From an uncultured Desulfospira sp. (GTDB lineage: Bacteria > Desulfobacterota > Desulfobacteria > Desulfobacterales > Desulfobacteraceae): a DNA stretch of 64,000 nt. The DNA lies in the NCBI GenBank assembly GCA_963663165.1, contig OY760175.1:2368001-2432000 (forward strand), given 5' to 3'. Of the stretch, positions 9,860 to 18,942 are shown piece after piece. The notes below the pieces were generated by a model. That model saw nothing but the letters and a program-made list of their open reading frames with translations. It was not told where the DNA came from and did not search any database. The position numbers were made by a program, and so were the translations under genes. The stretch's first letter is position 1; each line of letters begins with the position of its first letter.

Positions 9860-10738
9860 TTATGATGAAGAAAAACGCCCTAAAAAATCACCGACAGCCT
9901 GTCTCACCTGTGCATTATGGGTAAAAATCGTCATGTGTTCGCCTCTTTGGGCAAGGCACAGTGTGCTGTTGGGCAGCCGCTTGGAAAGGGTTTTCCCATG
10001 AGCCTCAAAGGGAACAATGGGGTCGTGGGTGCCGTGGACTACAAGGGTGGGCGTTTCAATACGCTCAAGCGGGTACCCGGTTGTCCGGGTGATCCTTATG
10101 TCATTCATTGTGCCGGGCATGCGCTTTGCCATCTGGTCAAAACCGGCATGGGTCAGTTCCTGGAAAAAGGCCATCATTTTCGGATCGTTGAGCATCTTTT
10201 CAGCCAGATCAGGGAAGGTGACGGATCTTCTCAGGGATTTGTCCATATTTTGATCAAATTTTTTTCTCATCTGTTTTACAAGCCAGGGAACCCGTGCGGC
10301 CAGCCGCATGATATGGAAGGCCCTGGGCACAGGCTGGGTAATCTTCTGGCCGGCTGTGGAACATAAAATCAGGGCCCGGCAGCGTTCGGGATGGCCAAGG
10401 GCAAAGGCCAGCGCTGAATAGCCGCCCCCGGAGATGGCCATAATTATCACCTTTTCCAGGCCCAGTGTATCGAGCAGGGCTGCAATCAGGTCTGCCTGGG
10501 CCTTTGGGGTTTTTCTGCCCTTAAGTGCGGTTTGAAGGTAGCCCGGCCTTGAGACGGCGATATAGTTGTAGTTCGAAGGGCCCACAGCCCGGCCAAGAAT
10601 GTCTGACTGTTCATAGCCGCCCATGGCACCGTGGATGGTTACGATGGTTTGGGCCTTTGGTATTCCTTCCCGGGTTCGGTGCCGGTATTCAATGGGCCCA
10701 AGGGCTGTCCGGGCAATACAAGATCTGTTTTTAGTCAT
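9860..10738 (-). CDS. Alpha/beta hydrolase
   Basis: IHGAMGG, AISGGG nucleophile elbow, VHGTHDPIVP, GEH. Confidence 0.9.
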   Translation of the reverse strand: MTKNRSCIARTALGPIEYRHRTREGIPKAQTIVTIHGAMGGYEQSDILGRAVGPSNYNYIAVSRPGYLQTALKGRKTPKAQADLIAALLDTLGLEKVIIMAISGGGYSALAFALGHPERCRALILCSTAGQKITQPVPRAFHIMRLAARVPWLVKQMRKKFDQNMDKSLRRSVTFPDLAEKMLNDPKMMAFFQELTHAGFDQMAKRMPGTMNDIRITRTTGYPLERIETPTLVVHGTHDPIVPFEAHGKTLSKRLPNSTLCLAQRGEHMTIFTHNAQVRQAVGDFLGRFSSS

Positions 10739-11354
10739 CCGTATCCTTCTTTCCTGTTAAAAACATATGGTAGAGCAGCTCAAGGGCGGGCTGCATTGCA
10801 TTTTTCCCGTACATCACCTGATGCTGGGCCATGCCGTTGATGTTGACCCAGAAGAAAAAAGCAAGGTCCCTGGGATTTCCAGGCCGGACCGTTCCCTTTT
10901 GCTGGCCCTGTGCCATGATTTCTGCCATCACCTCATAGGGGATGCGGCGTTTGGCCTCAAGCAGCCGGGCTGCCTTTTCCGGGATATTGTCTGCGGCAAT
11001 GGCCTGGGTGACAAACAGATGATAGCGGCCGGCATCCGGCCGGGTGCGGATGGTTTCCACAAGGGCATCAATGGCGTATTTGATTTTGTCATGGGGTGGA
11101 AGGGGCAGGGCAGCCAGGTGCAGGCAGGCCTTTTCAAGGCGGTCTAAGGCAATGCGGATCAGTTCCGTATAAATGGCCTCTTTTGACGGGAAATAGTGGT
11201 AGATCAACCCGTTTGACATGCCGGTGTGTCTTGCAATATCACTGATTTTTGTCCCTGGGGCACCATTGAGTGAAAAAAGTTCAAGGGCACCGGACAAAAT
11301 TTTTTCCCGTCTTGCTTCCTTAACCTTTTCGTTTGCCTCTTTATTTCTTCCCAT
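10731..11354 (-). CDS. TetR/AcrR-family regulator
   Basis: REKILSGALELFS...ISDIARHTGMSNGLIYHYFPSKE HTH; likely start MGRNKE at 11354. Confidence 0.92.
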   Translation of the reverse strand: MGRNKEANEKVKEARREKILSGALELFSLNGAPGTKISDIARHTGMSNGLIYHYFPSKEAIYTELIRIALDRLEKACLHLAALPLPPHDKIKYAIDALVETIRTRPDAGRYHLFVTQAIAADNIPEKAARLLEAKRRIPYEVMAEIMAQGQQKGTVRPGNPRDLAFFFWVNINGMAQHQVMYGKNAMQPALELLYHMFLTGKKDTDD

Positions 11355-11413
11355 AAGCCGCTTTTTTCTTCCAGCATCCTTAAAGTGTACTTTTGGCCGG
11401 GGTTTTAACACTG

Positions 11414-11431
11414 ATTGAATATTTATTCAAT
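11414..11431. promoter_or_regulatory. Candidate TetR operator
   Basis: Perfect palindrome ATTGAATA-TT-TATTCAAT 60 bp upstream of the TetR start. Confidence 0.55.
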
Positions 11432-11838
11432 GAAAAAAATACAGGAAGATTCCATTTTCAGGCGGCATCTTGACAAATGATTCCAATGGATGATAATTCA
11501 GCCGCAAACTCAATACAATTATCAAAGGATTTTTTTGAACCCATTCGTATTGGATATTGTGCCGCACGCTGCCGATCAGGACACAGTTTAGAAAAAATCA
11601 GTGGCGGTATACTGCCAAAGCGCATTTATCTTAAGTGCGCCGGATACCGGGACGTAAAGGTCTTGAGAGCCCTGGAATACCCAATAGACGGGCTTGGGGC
11701 CTGTGCATTTTTCCGGTGAGTTGTTCCCATCCGCAGACCGCTTTATTGCGTTAGACATTTTAACTAAAAATCAGCCGGTTCTATTGTGTTGTGCATTATT
11801 GCCCGCATACAGTTAAATTAAATTTAGAGGAAATCCAA

Positions 11839-12384
11839 TTGGAAATAAGAAAATCTCATGATTCAGACAGGTTGAATATTCAACAAATTCATACAGAGGC
11901 GTTTGGCAGAATCAAAGGTCCTGAAATCGCCAATCTTGTTAACGGACTTTTTGAGGACAAAACAGCTGAACCCCGGCTCTCTTTAGTGGCCCTGGAAAAA
12001 GGAGAGCTGACAGGACACATCCTTTTTTCAAAGGTCACGCTGCTTAAAAGCCCGCATCCGGTATCGGCAAGTATTCTGGCACCCCTTGCCGTGCTTCCCG
12101 GTTCCCAGTCGGCAGGGGTTGGCAAGGCATTGATCAAGGAGGGCCTTTTTCAGTTGAAACAGGCCGGGGTGGACCTGGTTTTTGTTCTGGGACACCCGGA
12201 TTATTATCCGCATTCAGGCTTTACGCCGGCAGGCGTCCTGGGTTTTGAGGCCCCTTATCCGATCCCCAAAAAAGATGCCGGTGCCTGGATGGTCACCGCC
12301 CTTTTTCCGGATGTCCTGGGCAGGGCAAAAGGACGGGTGAGATGTGCCCAAGTCCTTAACCGGCCCGAACACTGGCGGGAATAG
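11839..12384 (+). CDS. GNAT N-acetyltransferase (YhbS-like)
   Basis: GHILFS, LAPLAVLP.SQ.AGVGKALI, VFVLGHPDYYP.SGF; TTG start after AGAGG. Confidence 0.88.
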   Translation: MEIRKSHDSDRLNIQQIHTEAFGRIKGPEIANLVNGLFEDKTAEPRLSLVALEKGELTGHILFSKVTLLKSPHPVSASILAPLAVLPGSQSAGVGKALIKEGLFQLKQAGVDLVFVLGHPDYYPHSGFTPAGVLGFEAPYPIPKKDAGAWMVTALFPDVLGRAKGRVRCAQVLNRPEHWRE

Positions 12385-12416
12385 CGGCCTTTTTATAGGT
12401 AGGCAATTTCCCGATG

Positions 12417-12727
12417 CAGGGCAATCGCATGTAAAATAATTATCCATGATGATTTTTATTTGCATATGCATTCAAGGTCCGCCCCTCTGTGTAATTTGGC
12501 GAAAGCCAAACCTCTGTGCCCCCGGTGGTTTAAAAACATGAAATCCCGAAGGGATTGAATTGTTCTTCGTTAACCTCCCAGTTTTTATAACCGTCACGGA
12601 CGGCTTGGATTATCCAACCAAGCACCGTCCACAACGAAAAATGAAAGTCTTTTCAGCTTGTTAGTGAGACTTTCTTATAAAAATTGTGGGCTTTGCCCGC
12701 TCTTTAAATTTAACCACAGAGGGGCAC
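12417..12727 (+). mobile_element. Truncated MITE copy (left TIR only) carrying a nested small repeat
   Basis: Starts CAGGGCAATCGCATGTAA and is colinear with 53228-53451; no right TIR seen. Confidence 0.85.
12586..12679 (-). repeat. Dispersed two-hairpin repeat, copy 3 (L1/R2), inserted in the MITE
   Basis: TATAACCGTCACGGACGGCTTGG...GTGAGACTTTCTTATA; absent from the sister MITE at 53400-53410. Confidence 0.9.
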
Positions 12728-12842
12728 CCTATTTTATCGCCATGGGTGGTGGCGGCCATGACCTTCGGTAACAGCGCGTCACCCCTTTGCGCCGCTAAAA
12801 ATTGCGGTGGTCCGGGACCCTTACCGGGTCCCGGGTGCAGCA

Positions 12843-15188
12843 TCACCTGCGGTTTGGGGGTCCAAAAGCATTGAGGGCCCGGATCAGAACCGGGGTGACA
12901 AAGTAATCGGAAAGCAGGGCCGTCATAATTCCGGTTCCGGTAAGAATTCCCATGAAGATGAGAACGTTGGCAGGGGAACTTAAGTAGACGCTGAAATTGG
13001 CCGTCAGGATCAGGGAGGTAAACAGCAACGGAATCCCGATGGCGGCAAAGGTATGCCGGATGGCTTTGGGATAATCTTTTTCCCGTTCAAAGGCCAGTTT
13101 GGCATGGTTGATAAAATGGATGGTATCATCCACAGCAAGGCCTAAAAGCATGGGCATAATGGTGATGGTCATCATATCCAGGGGGACTTTCATCCATCCC
13201 ATGATCCCGCCCACGGCCAGGGCCGGGGTGATGTTGGGGATCATGGCGATCAGCCCGACTTTAAAACTGCCAAAGACCAGGACCATAAAAAAGGTGATCA
13301 CACAGACGGCAATCAGAAAAGAGGTCAGCTGTCCCTTGGAGACAATATCCTGCATTACCGTAAACCGGGGCATGGAACCGGCCAGGGTCACTGTGGCGTC
13401 AGGGAAAAATAAGGCCGCCTGTTGAGAAATATTGTTGAGTTCCCGGTATGCCTCAAGGGTGTTATAGTCTTTTAAATCCACGGTCATCCGCAGCCGCCGG
13501 TATTCGTAATCAATCCATTTTTCAGCCTCCCTGCCCCCGGCATTTTCATAAAGGAGCATGATCTGGGCCACCATTTCGCGGGTGTCGGGAATGGCATAAA
13601 ATTCTGGATGCCCGTTGTTTAAGACCTGGTTCATGTCCTTGATAATTTCGGTAATGGAGGTCACCTTTTTGGTCAGCGCATAGCCGGTCACCTCCTGCTC
13701 GAGCAGGTCCAGTTTTTTTAAGTTTTCAGGTTCCCTTGCCAGGTTCTCTTTGGGGAACTCCACCACCAGGTCATAAGAGTAAAGGGACCCTAAAGGCGAC
13801 CGGCAGACCTGGTCCAGCCGGTTGACGTAGGGCACCTTAAGCCCCATATTCCTGCGGATGTCAAAGTTGACCTCAAAATGGCGCAGCCCGATCACAGCCG
13901 TCACCATGACCAGGACAAATACAACCAGGATGGGAACGGGTTTTGCCAGGACAAGGTCTGCCAGCCTTGATAACAGATTTTCCAAAAATGCGTTGGAACG
14001 TAGCCGGATCGTCTTTTTTTCGGCACGGTCCTTACCAAAAGACAGCAGGGCCGGAATCATAATGATGACCATAAAAAAAATAACCGTGACCAGAAGGGAC
14101 GTGGCAGACCCGATCCAGCGCACGGGTTTGACATCCACAAAGTAAAAGGAAAAAAGAGCGCCCACCGTGGTCAGTGCCGTAAACAAAATGGGCCATCCGG
14201 TTTCCTTGACGGCGTAACAAACCGAATCCTTTCTTTTTCCCGTGGCCATAAATTTTTTGTTGAAAAAGGAAAAAACATGGATGGAATACCCGATGGATAC
14301 GGCAATGCCAAGGTAAAGAGGGACCATGATCATGCCGATGTCTATGGGTTTTCCGGCCCAGCCCAGAATGCCGAAGGTCAGGATCACCGACCCTGCCGTG
14401 ACCATGACGGTCACGGCAATTGCCCTGATGGACCGTAAGGCCAGGGAAAGGACAATAAGGGACACGATCAGGGACAGGCCCATGGTTCTTGACATCTCTT
14501 TTTTAAAAAACGCGGTTTTATCATAGGCAAGGACGGGCATGCCCGAAGATCTGGGGGTTAATGGGGCATACTTGTCCTGGCGGATGATGGAAGCCGCTGT
14601 CCGGCCCACCACAATTTCAGCGGATTGATTGTCCTTGCTTCGCCAGCCTTCGGGATAGGGGGTCAGCCTCAGGATGATCCATGAATACCGCCCATCCCCT
14701 GAAATCAATTTGCCGTTCAGCAGGTTCCTGGACAGGATCTGCTCCCGGATGCGGGCCAGGGCGGCAGGATCATGGGGGATGGGGTCCGGCACAGGCGAGA
14801 TGATCTCAATGCCCCCTGCATCACCTAAGGAAAATTCGCAGTCGGTAATGGACATAACCTCATCGGCAAAGGGGACATTGGCCATAAGCTCTTTTCCCAA
14901 TTCCCGGATCAGGGCCAGGGTGCCCGGATCAAACATGGTATCGGATTCCACCAGAATTCCGACATAGTCGTTGTTGCCGAAAATTTCCTTGAATTCGTCC
15001 TCGGCCATCTGCAGGGTTGAATTATCTAAAAGCCATTTGTCCCAGCCCGCATCGGTCCGGATCTTTTTAAGGCCCGTAAATCCGAATATCAGGGCCAGAA
15101 CAAACACCAGAACAGCCATATAGCGCAACCGGATAATTTGGGTACCAAAGGCTTCAAATATCCGGTTGATTCTATTGATATTGATCAT
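12843..15188 (-). CDS. MMPL/RND-family transporter
   Basis: Two repeats of periplasmic domain plus TM bundle; GLAVDDTIHF motif. Confidence 0.9.
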   Translation of the reverse strand: MININRINRIFEAFGTQIIRLRYMAVLVFVLALIFGFTGLKKIRTDAGWDKWLLDNSTLQMAEDEFKEIFGNNDYVGILVESDTMFDPGTLALIRELGKELMANVPFADEVMSITDCEFSLGDAGGIEIISPVPDPIPHDPAALARIREQILSRNLLNGKLISGDGRYSWIILRLTPYPEGWRSKDNQSAEIVVGRTAASIIRQDKYAPLTPRSSGMPVLAYDKTAFFKKEMSRTMGLSLIVSLIVLSLALRSIRAIAVTVMVTAGSVILTFGILGWAGKPIDIGMIMVPLYLGIAVSIGYSIHVFSFFNKKFMATGKRKDSVCYAVKETGWPILFTALTTVGALFSFYFVDVKPVRWIGSATSLLVTVIFFMVIIMIPALLSFGKDRAEKKTIRLRSNAFLENLLSRLADLVLAKPVPILVVFVLVMVTAVIGLRHFEVNFDIRRNMGLKVPYVNRLDQVCRSPLGSLYSYDLVVEFPKENLAREPENLKKLDLLEQEVTGYALTKKVTSITEIIKDMNQVLNNGHPEFYAIPDTREMVAQIMLLYENAGGREAEKWIDYEYRRLRMTVDLKDYNTLEAYRELNNISQQAALFFPDATVTLAGSMPRFTVMQDIVSKGQLTSFLIAVCVITFFMVLVFGSFKVGLIAMIPNITPALAVGGIMGWMKVPLDMMTITIMPMLLGLAVDDTIHFINHAKLAFEREKDYPKAIRHTFAAIGIPLLFTSLILTANFSVYLSSPANVLIFMGILTGTGIMTALLSDYFVTPVLIRALNAFGPPNRR

Positions 15189-15198
15189 AATTCATCCT

Positions 15199-16404
15199 TT
15201 AAAAATGGTAGGTGATCTTGGTCCAGACCTGGGTATTGTCTTTATACCGGCCGTATGTCCCCTGCCTGTCTCCGGAAAAGATGTCGGTTCCCACAAAAAA
15301 TTCCAGGTTGTCCATGAACCGGTATTCGGCGGTCAGCCGGATCAGGCTATCGTTTACGTCAACATCCCGGAATACTGAACCCGATAAGGTCAGCTTTTCG
15401 CGAAACAGATCCTTTGACAGGCTCAGGGTAAGGGTTCTGGTGCAAAAGGCCTGTGCCAGTCCGGTTCCGGAATTAAGGATGTGGTCCTGGGCATACTGTC
15501 CGGACAAAGTCCAGTTTCCCCCGGGATACCAGTCAAGGCCGGCCAGCCATTTAATCCGGTCCTTTTGGGCCGTAAAGTAACCGGTCTTAACCCCTTGAAC
15601 CAGGCTGCCCATGAAAAAGGCGGCCTCAGCCCTTAAGACGAATTCTCCCAAGGGTTTTGAAAATTCGGCTCCCAGGATATGAACCCGGTCGAACACCAGT
15701 TCCAGGGCATTGCCCTTTTGCCGGTATCCGGGAAAATCATTCCAGGTATAAAAATAGGAAAACGCAAGGTCCATTCCGGACAGGTAAAGGGCGTATCGTA
15801 CGGCAAGTTCGGCGTCCCTGACGGGATCATCCGGTTCATTTCCCGAAAGCACCGTGTTGTTCCCAAACCCGCCCAGATACCAGGGGCTGTCTTTGCCGGG
15901 TTGTTCCCCTGATCTATAAACCGGGATAAAGATCAGCTGAAGATCCCCCCGCAACGAAGCAACCTTAAGGTTCAGGGCATCCACGGCCATGCGCATTTCA
16001 TCAAAATCCCGGGTAATGGTTTCCGAGTAATCCAGGGGCGAGATATTGTCCACAATCCGGATGCCGTCGGCCTGGCCCCAGATGATGATCTGGCGGCCGG
16101 CCCTGAGGGTTGCGCTGCCCAAGACATAATCCAGGTAGCCCTCATGGAGGCGGATTCCGCCCTCATCTTCCAGAAGATGGTTTTCAGAAAAGTTGACGGC
16201 GCCAAAAGCGGTCAGGTTCCCGTGGTAGACGGTAATTTCCGGCCGGGCCAGGGTTTCCGATGCCAGGGTGTCGTGGGGCGCACTGACCTGAAAATTATGC
16301 CGGGTTTCCACAAATCCGGTCAACGCCATTTCCATGGCCCCAAGAAAACCCGGGGCCAGTAAAAGAATTTCCATCAGCAGAACCGCCGCAAAGGGACGGT
16401 TCAT
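15199..16404 (-). CDS. Outer-membrane beta-barrel protein (DUF1302-like)
   Basis: Signal peptide, LRAGRQIIIWGQADG motif, terminal KITYHF; usual partner of MMPL and LolA-like genes. Confidence 0.7.
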   Translation of the reverse strand: MNRPFAAVLLMEILLLAPGFLGAMEMALTGFVETRHNFQVSAPHDTLASETLARPEITVYHGNLTAFGAVNFSENHLLEDEGGIRLHEGYLDYVLGSATLRAGRQIIIWGQADGIRIVDNISPLDYSETITRDFDEMRMAVDALNLKVASLRGDLQLIFIPVYRSGEQPGKDSPWYLGGFGNNTVLSGNEPDDPVRDAELAVRYALYLSGMDLAFSYFYTWNDFPGYRQKGNALELVFDRVHILGAEFSKPLGEFVLRAEAAFFMGSLVQGVKTGYFTAQKDRIKWLAGLDWYPGGNWTLSGQYAQDHILNSGTGLAQAFCTRTLTLSLSKDLFREKLTLSGSVFRDVDVNDSLIRLTAEYRFMDNLEFFVGTDIFSGDRQGTYGRYKDNTQVWTKITYHF

Positions 16405-17228
16405 CTCAAATGGCCCCGGGAAATGGTGTTGACGCTGAAAAAGGCGTCATCCACCCCGGTGTTGTAAGAGACCTGGGACAGGGTCATCAGGGTGGTGTGT
16501 TTTTCCCTGTGGTTTTCCATCTTCATTTTGAAAACGGTCCAAAACCCCTGGTGCCGGCGCAGGTCTTCCACGGTGTAGGTCTTGATCAGGCCCTGGGCAT
16601 CAAAATATTGCGCTTTTACCGTTTTATGGGCCTTTTGGGAGACCCAGATCATTTTTTCGTCATAGGCCGCGTCTTTTTTTCTTGGCACGGATTTGATTTT
16701 CCAGCAGGTGTCATTGTTTACGGCCTCTTCTCCTAGGAGGGTATGGTCATCCTCGTCCACATGCCGGTCTCCCATATCGTCGTATGTAAAGTCCGATCCC
16801 ATGAAATAGTCGTTGGTGGATGCGCCCGAAATCCGGCGAACCTTTCTTAAGGCAGGCATATAAAGCCATTTGTCATCGTCCCTTTCCGGGTCATCATACT
16901 CCCAGGACAAAAAGGCCGTGCCCTTGATATCCATGGGTTTTTTAAAGGCCATCAGTTTTTTGGTGTCTTTGCCATAATCTTTTCCAAAGGATGACATCAC
17001 CCGGACCCTTTTTTTGCCCCGGCGGTTGATCAGAACCATTTCAATGGTGGATTTTCGGTCATCCCCGTCCGGGGCCTCATCCACCATGACCATGACCTCC
17101 CGCCCCGTAAGGGTTTGCGCCCATGCAGAACCGGCCAAATACACACTTGCGCCGGCATAGAACATCACAGCAGCCCCAAAAGAAACCAAAAGATAAAAAT
17201 CAACCCTTCTGGCCAGCTGGTTTAACAT
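16401..17228 (-). CDS. Outer membrane lipoprotein-sorting (LolA-like) protein
   Basis: P.DIKGTAFL, DDKWLYMPALRKVRRIS, FMGSDFTYDD. Confidence 0.85.
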   Translation of the reverse strand: MLNQLARRVDFYLLVSFGAAVMFYAGASVYLAGSAWAQTLTGREVMVMVDEAPDGDDRKSTIEMVLINRRGKKRVRVMSSFGKDYGKDTKKLMAFKKPMDIKGTAFLSWEYDDPERDDDKWLYMPALRKVRRISGASTNDYFMGSDFTYDDMGDRHVDEDDHTLLGEEAVNNDTCWKIKSVPRKKDAAYDEKMIWVSQKAHKTVKAQYFDAQGLIKTYTVEDLRRHQGFWTVFKMKMENHREKHTTLMTLSQVSYNTGVDDAFFSVNTISRGHLR

Positions 17229-17569
17229 GCTTCTTCCTTTAATTACGGTTAAAGTTAGACTCCTCTAATACGTCTTAATCATAAACTTCTGCCCGAATCG
17301 GGAATCTGTTTAAAATTCATTGTACCGGACCTGAAAATAGACAATTTCAAAAGGCGCTGCTAACGTTTGCGTCTTTTTTTTTGACGTTTTAGTCCAATAA
17401 GCGAAGGGGCAGGCCTTAAATTTACGAACACCTCCACAGAACGAGGGCAAAACCATAGGTGCCCATGGTTATTAAAGGGTTTTGTCCACCGAATCGGTTT
17501 TTTCTTCAATACGGTGAAAATTTAAAATCGAAGTTGCAAATTGCACCAGTTTGTGGTATGCCCTATTTT

Positions 17570-18751
17570 ATGGCACTCATTCAAAGATCCATAGCGCCTG
17601 TAGTTCGGTCTCTGGCGGCCCAATATCCGGTTGTGACCATCACAGGACCCCGACAGAGCGGGAAAACAACGATCTGCAGGCAAATTTTCAAAGACAAGCC
17701 CTATGCGAACCTTGAATTTCCTGATACCCGGCAGTTTGCAATAGATGACCCCAGAGGATTTCTAGCCCAGTTCCCAGACGGTGCGGTACTTGATGAAATA
17801 CAGCGGGCCCCGGATTTAACATCGTATATTCAGCCAATGGTTGATGAAAATCCAGCCGCAGGGCAGTACATTTTGACTGGAAGTCAGCAATTTGAAGTAC
17901 GTTCCAGTGTCAATCAATCCCTTGCAGGACGTTCGGCGCTGGTTAGACTGCTTGCTTTTGATCTCAATGAAATTTCATCCGGCTATGAGGTGCCGGATTC
18001 CAATGAACTGCTGTATAAGGGGTTCTATCCCCGAATCTGGGATCAGGGCCTGAATCCGACCCAGGCGTTAGGTGATTATTACGAAACCTATATCGAACGG
18101 GATTTGCGGCAGCTTGTTACCATCAAGGATTTGAATCTGTTTCAAAAATTTATCAAATTGTGTGCCGGGCGCATCGGACAACTGCTGAATGTGAGTTCCC
18201 TTGCCAACGACACCGGCGTGTCCCATACCACGGCATCCAACTGGATTTCCATTTTAGAAGCAAGTTTCATCCTTTTTCTTTTAAATCCGTATCATGCAAA
18301 CATTTCCAAGCGACTGGTCAAATCCCCTAAACTGTATTTTTATGATGTGGGTCTTGCCTCGTTTCTGCTGGGCATAGAGACCATGGAACAAATTTTCAGA
18401 GACCCGTTGCGCGGCAATCTTTTTGAAAACATGGTCATTGCCGAGGCATTAAAATTCCGCTTTAACCAGGGCAGACGCAGCAATCTTTATTTTTACCGTG
18501 ACAGCAAGGGAAACGAAGTCGATCTTGTATTTTCATCCGGTTCTATGCTGTTCCCTGTTGAAATCAAGTCAGGAATGACTGTCACCCGTGATTATTTCAA
18601 GGGGTTGAACCATTTTAAAGCCCTGTTTGAACCCCACATGCCCAATGGATGCGGCCTGGTTTACAACGGCATGGACGCCCAGAACCGCTCGGATGTTTCA
18701 ATCGTTCCCCTTGACAAGCTTCATCAGCTTTTCGGCCGGTCATGCAGTTGA
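17570..18751 (+). CDS. AAA+ ATPase (AAA_14 plus DUF4143)
   Basis: GPRQSGKT, LDEIQ, LTGS, KSPKLYFYDVG, EVDLV...PVEIKS. Confidence 0.9.
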   Translation: MALIQRSIAPVVRSLAAQYPVVTITGPRQSGKTTICRQIFKDKPYANLEFPDTRQFAIDDPRGFLAQFPDGAVLDEIQRAPDLTSYIQPMVDENPAAGQYILTGSQQFEVRSSVNQSLAGRSALVRLLAFDLNEISSGYEVPDSNELLYKGFYPRIWDQGLNPTQALGDYYETYIERDLRQLVTIKDLNLFQKFIKLCAGRIGQLLNVSSLANDTGVSHTTASNWISILEASFILFLLNPYHANISKRLVKSPKLYFYDVGLASFLLGIETMEQIFRDPLRGNLFENMVIAEALKFRFNQGRRSNLYFYRDSKGNEVDLVFSSGSMLFPVEIKSGMTVTRDYFKGLNHFKALFEPHMPNGCGLVYNGMDAQNRSDVSIVPLDKLHQLFGRSCS

Positions 18752-18942
18752 TTTCGTAATTTCGCAAAATTGAATCCCGGGGACCGGATATCAAGCTGCT
18801 CGGGGTCACCCGTTTTTTGACCGTCACACAGAACGGTACCCGCTGATCCTGAGAGTCTTGCGATAGTTAACCTGCCCTTGCGCTGCCCCGCCTGTACCAA
18901 AATCAAACCCTCAGGTACAAGACCCTGTCCTGCTTCCATGGT

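Noticed and set aside
9391..10001. Small ORFs beginning MWAVLGWIT / MLWAVLGWIT (also at 62051)
   Set aside because: Translations of the dispersed repeat that diverge immediately after it
17295..17440. Possible IS-end or MITE remnant (GGGAATCTGTTTAAAATT ... AAATTTACGAACACCTCC)
   Set aside because: Inverted match is weak, with no TSD and no second copy
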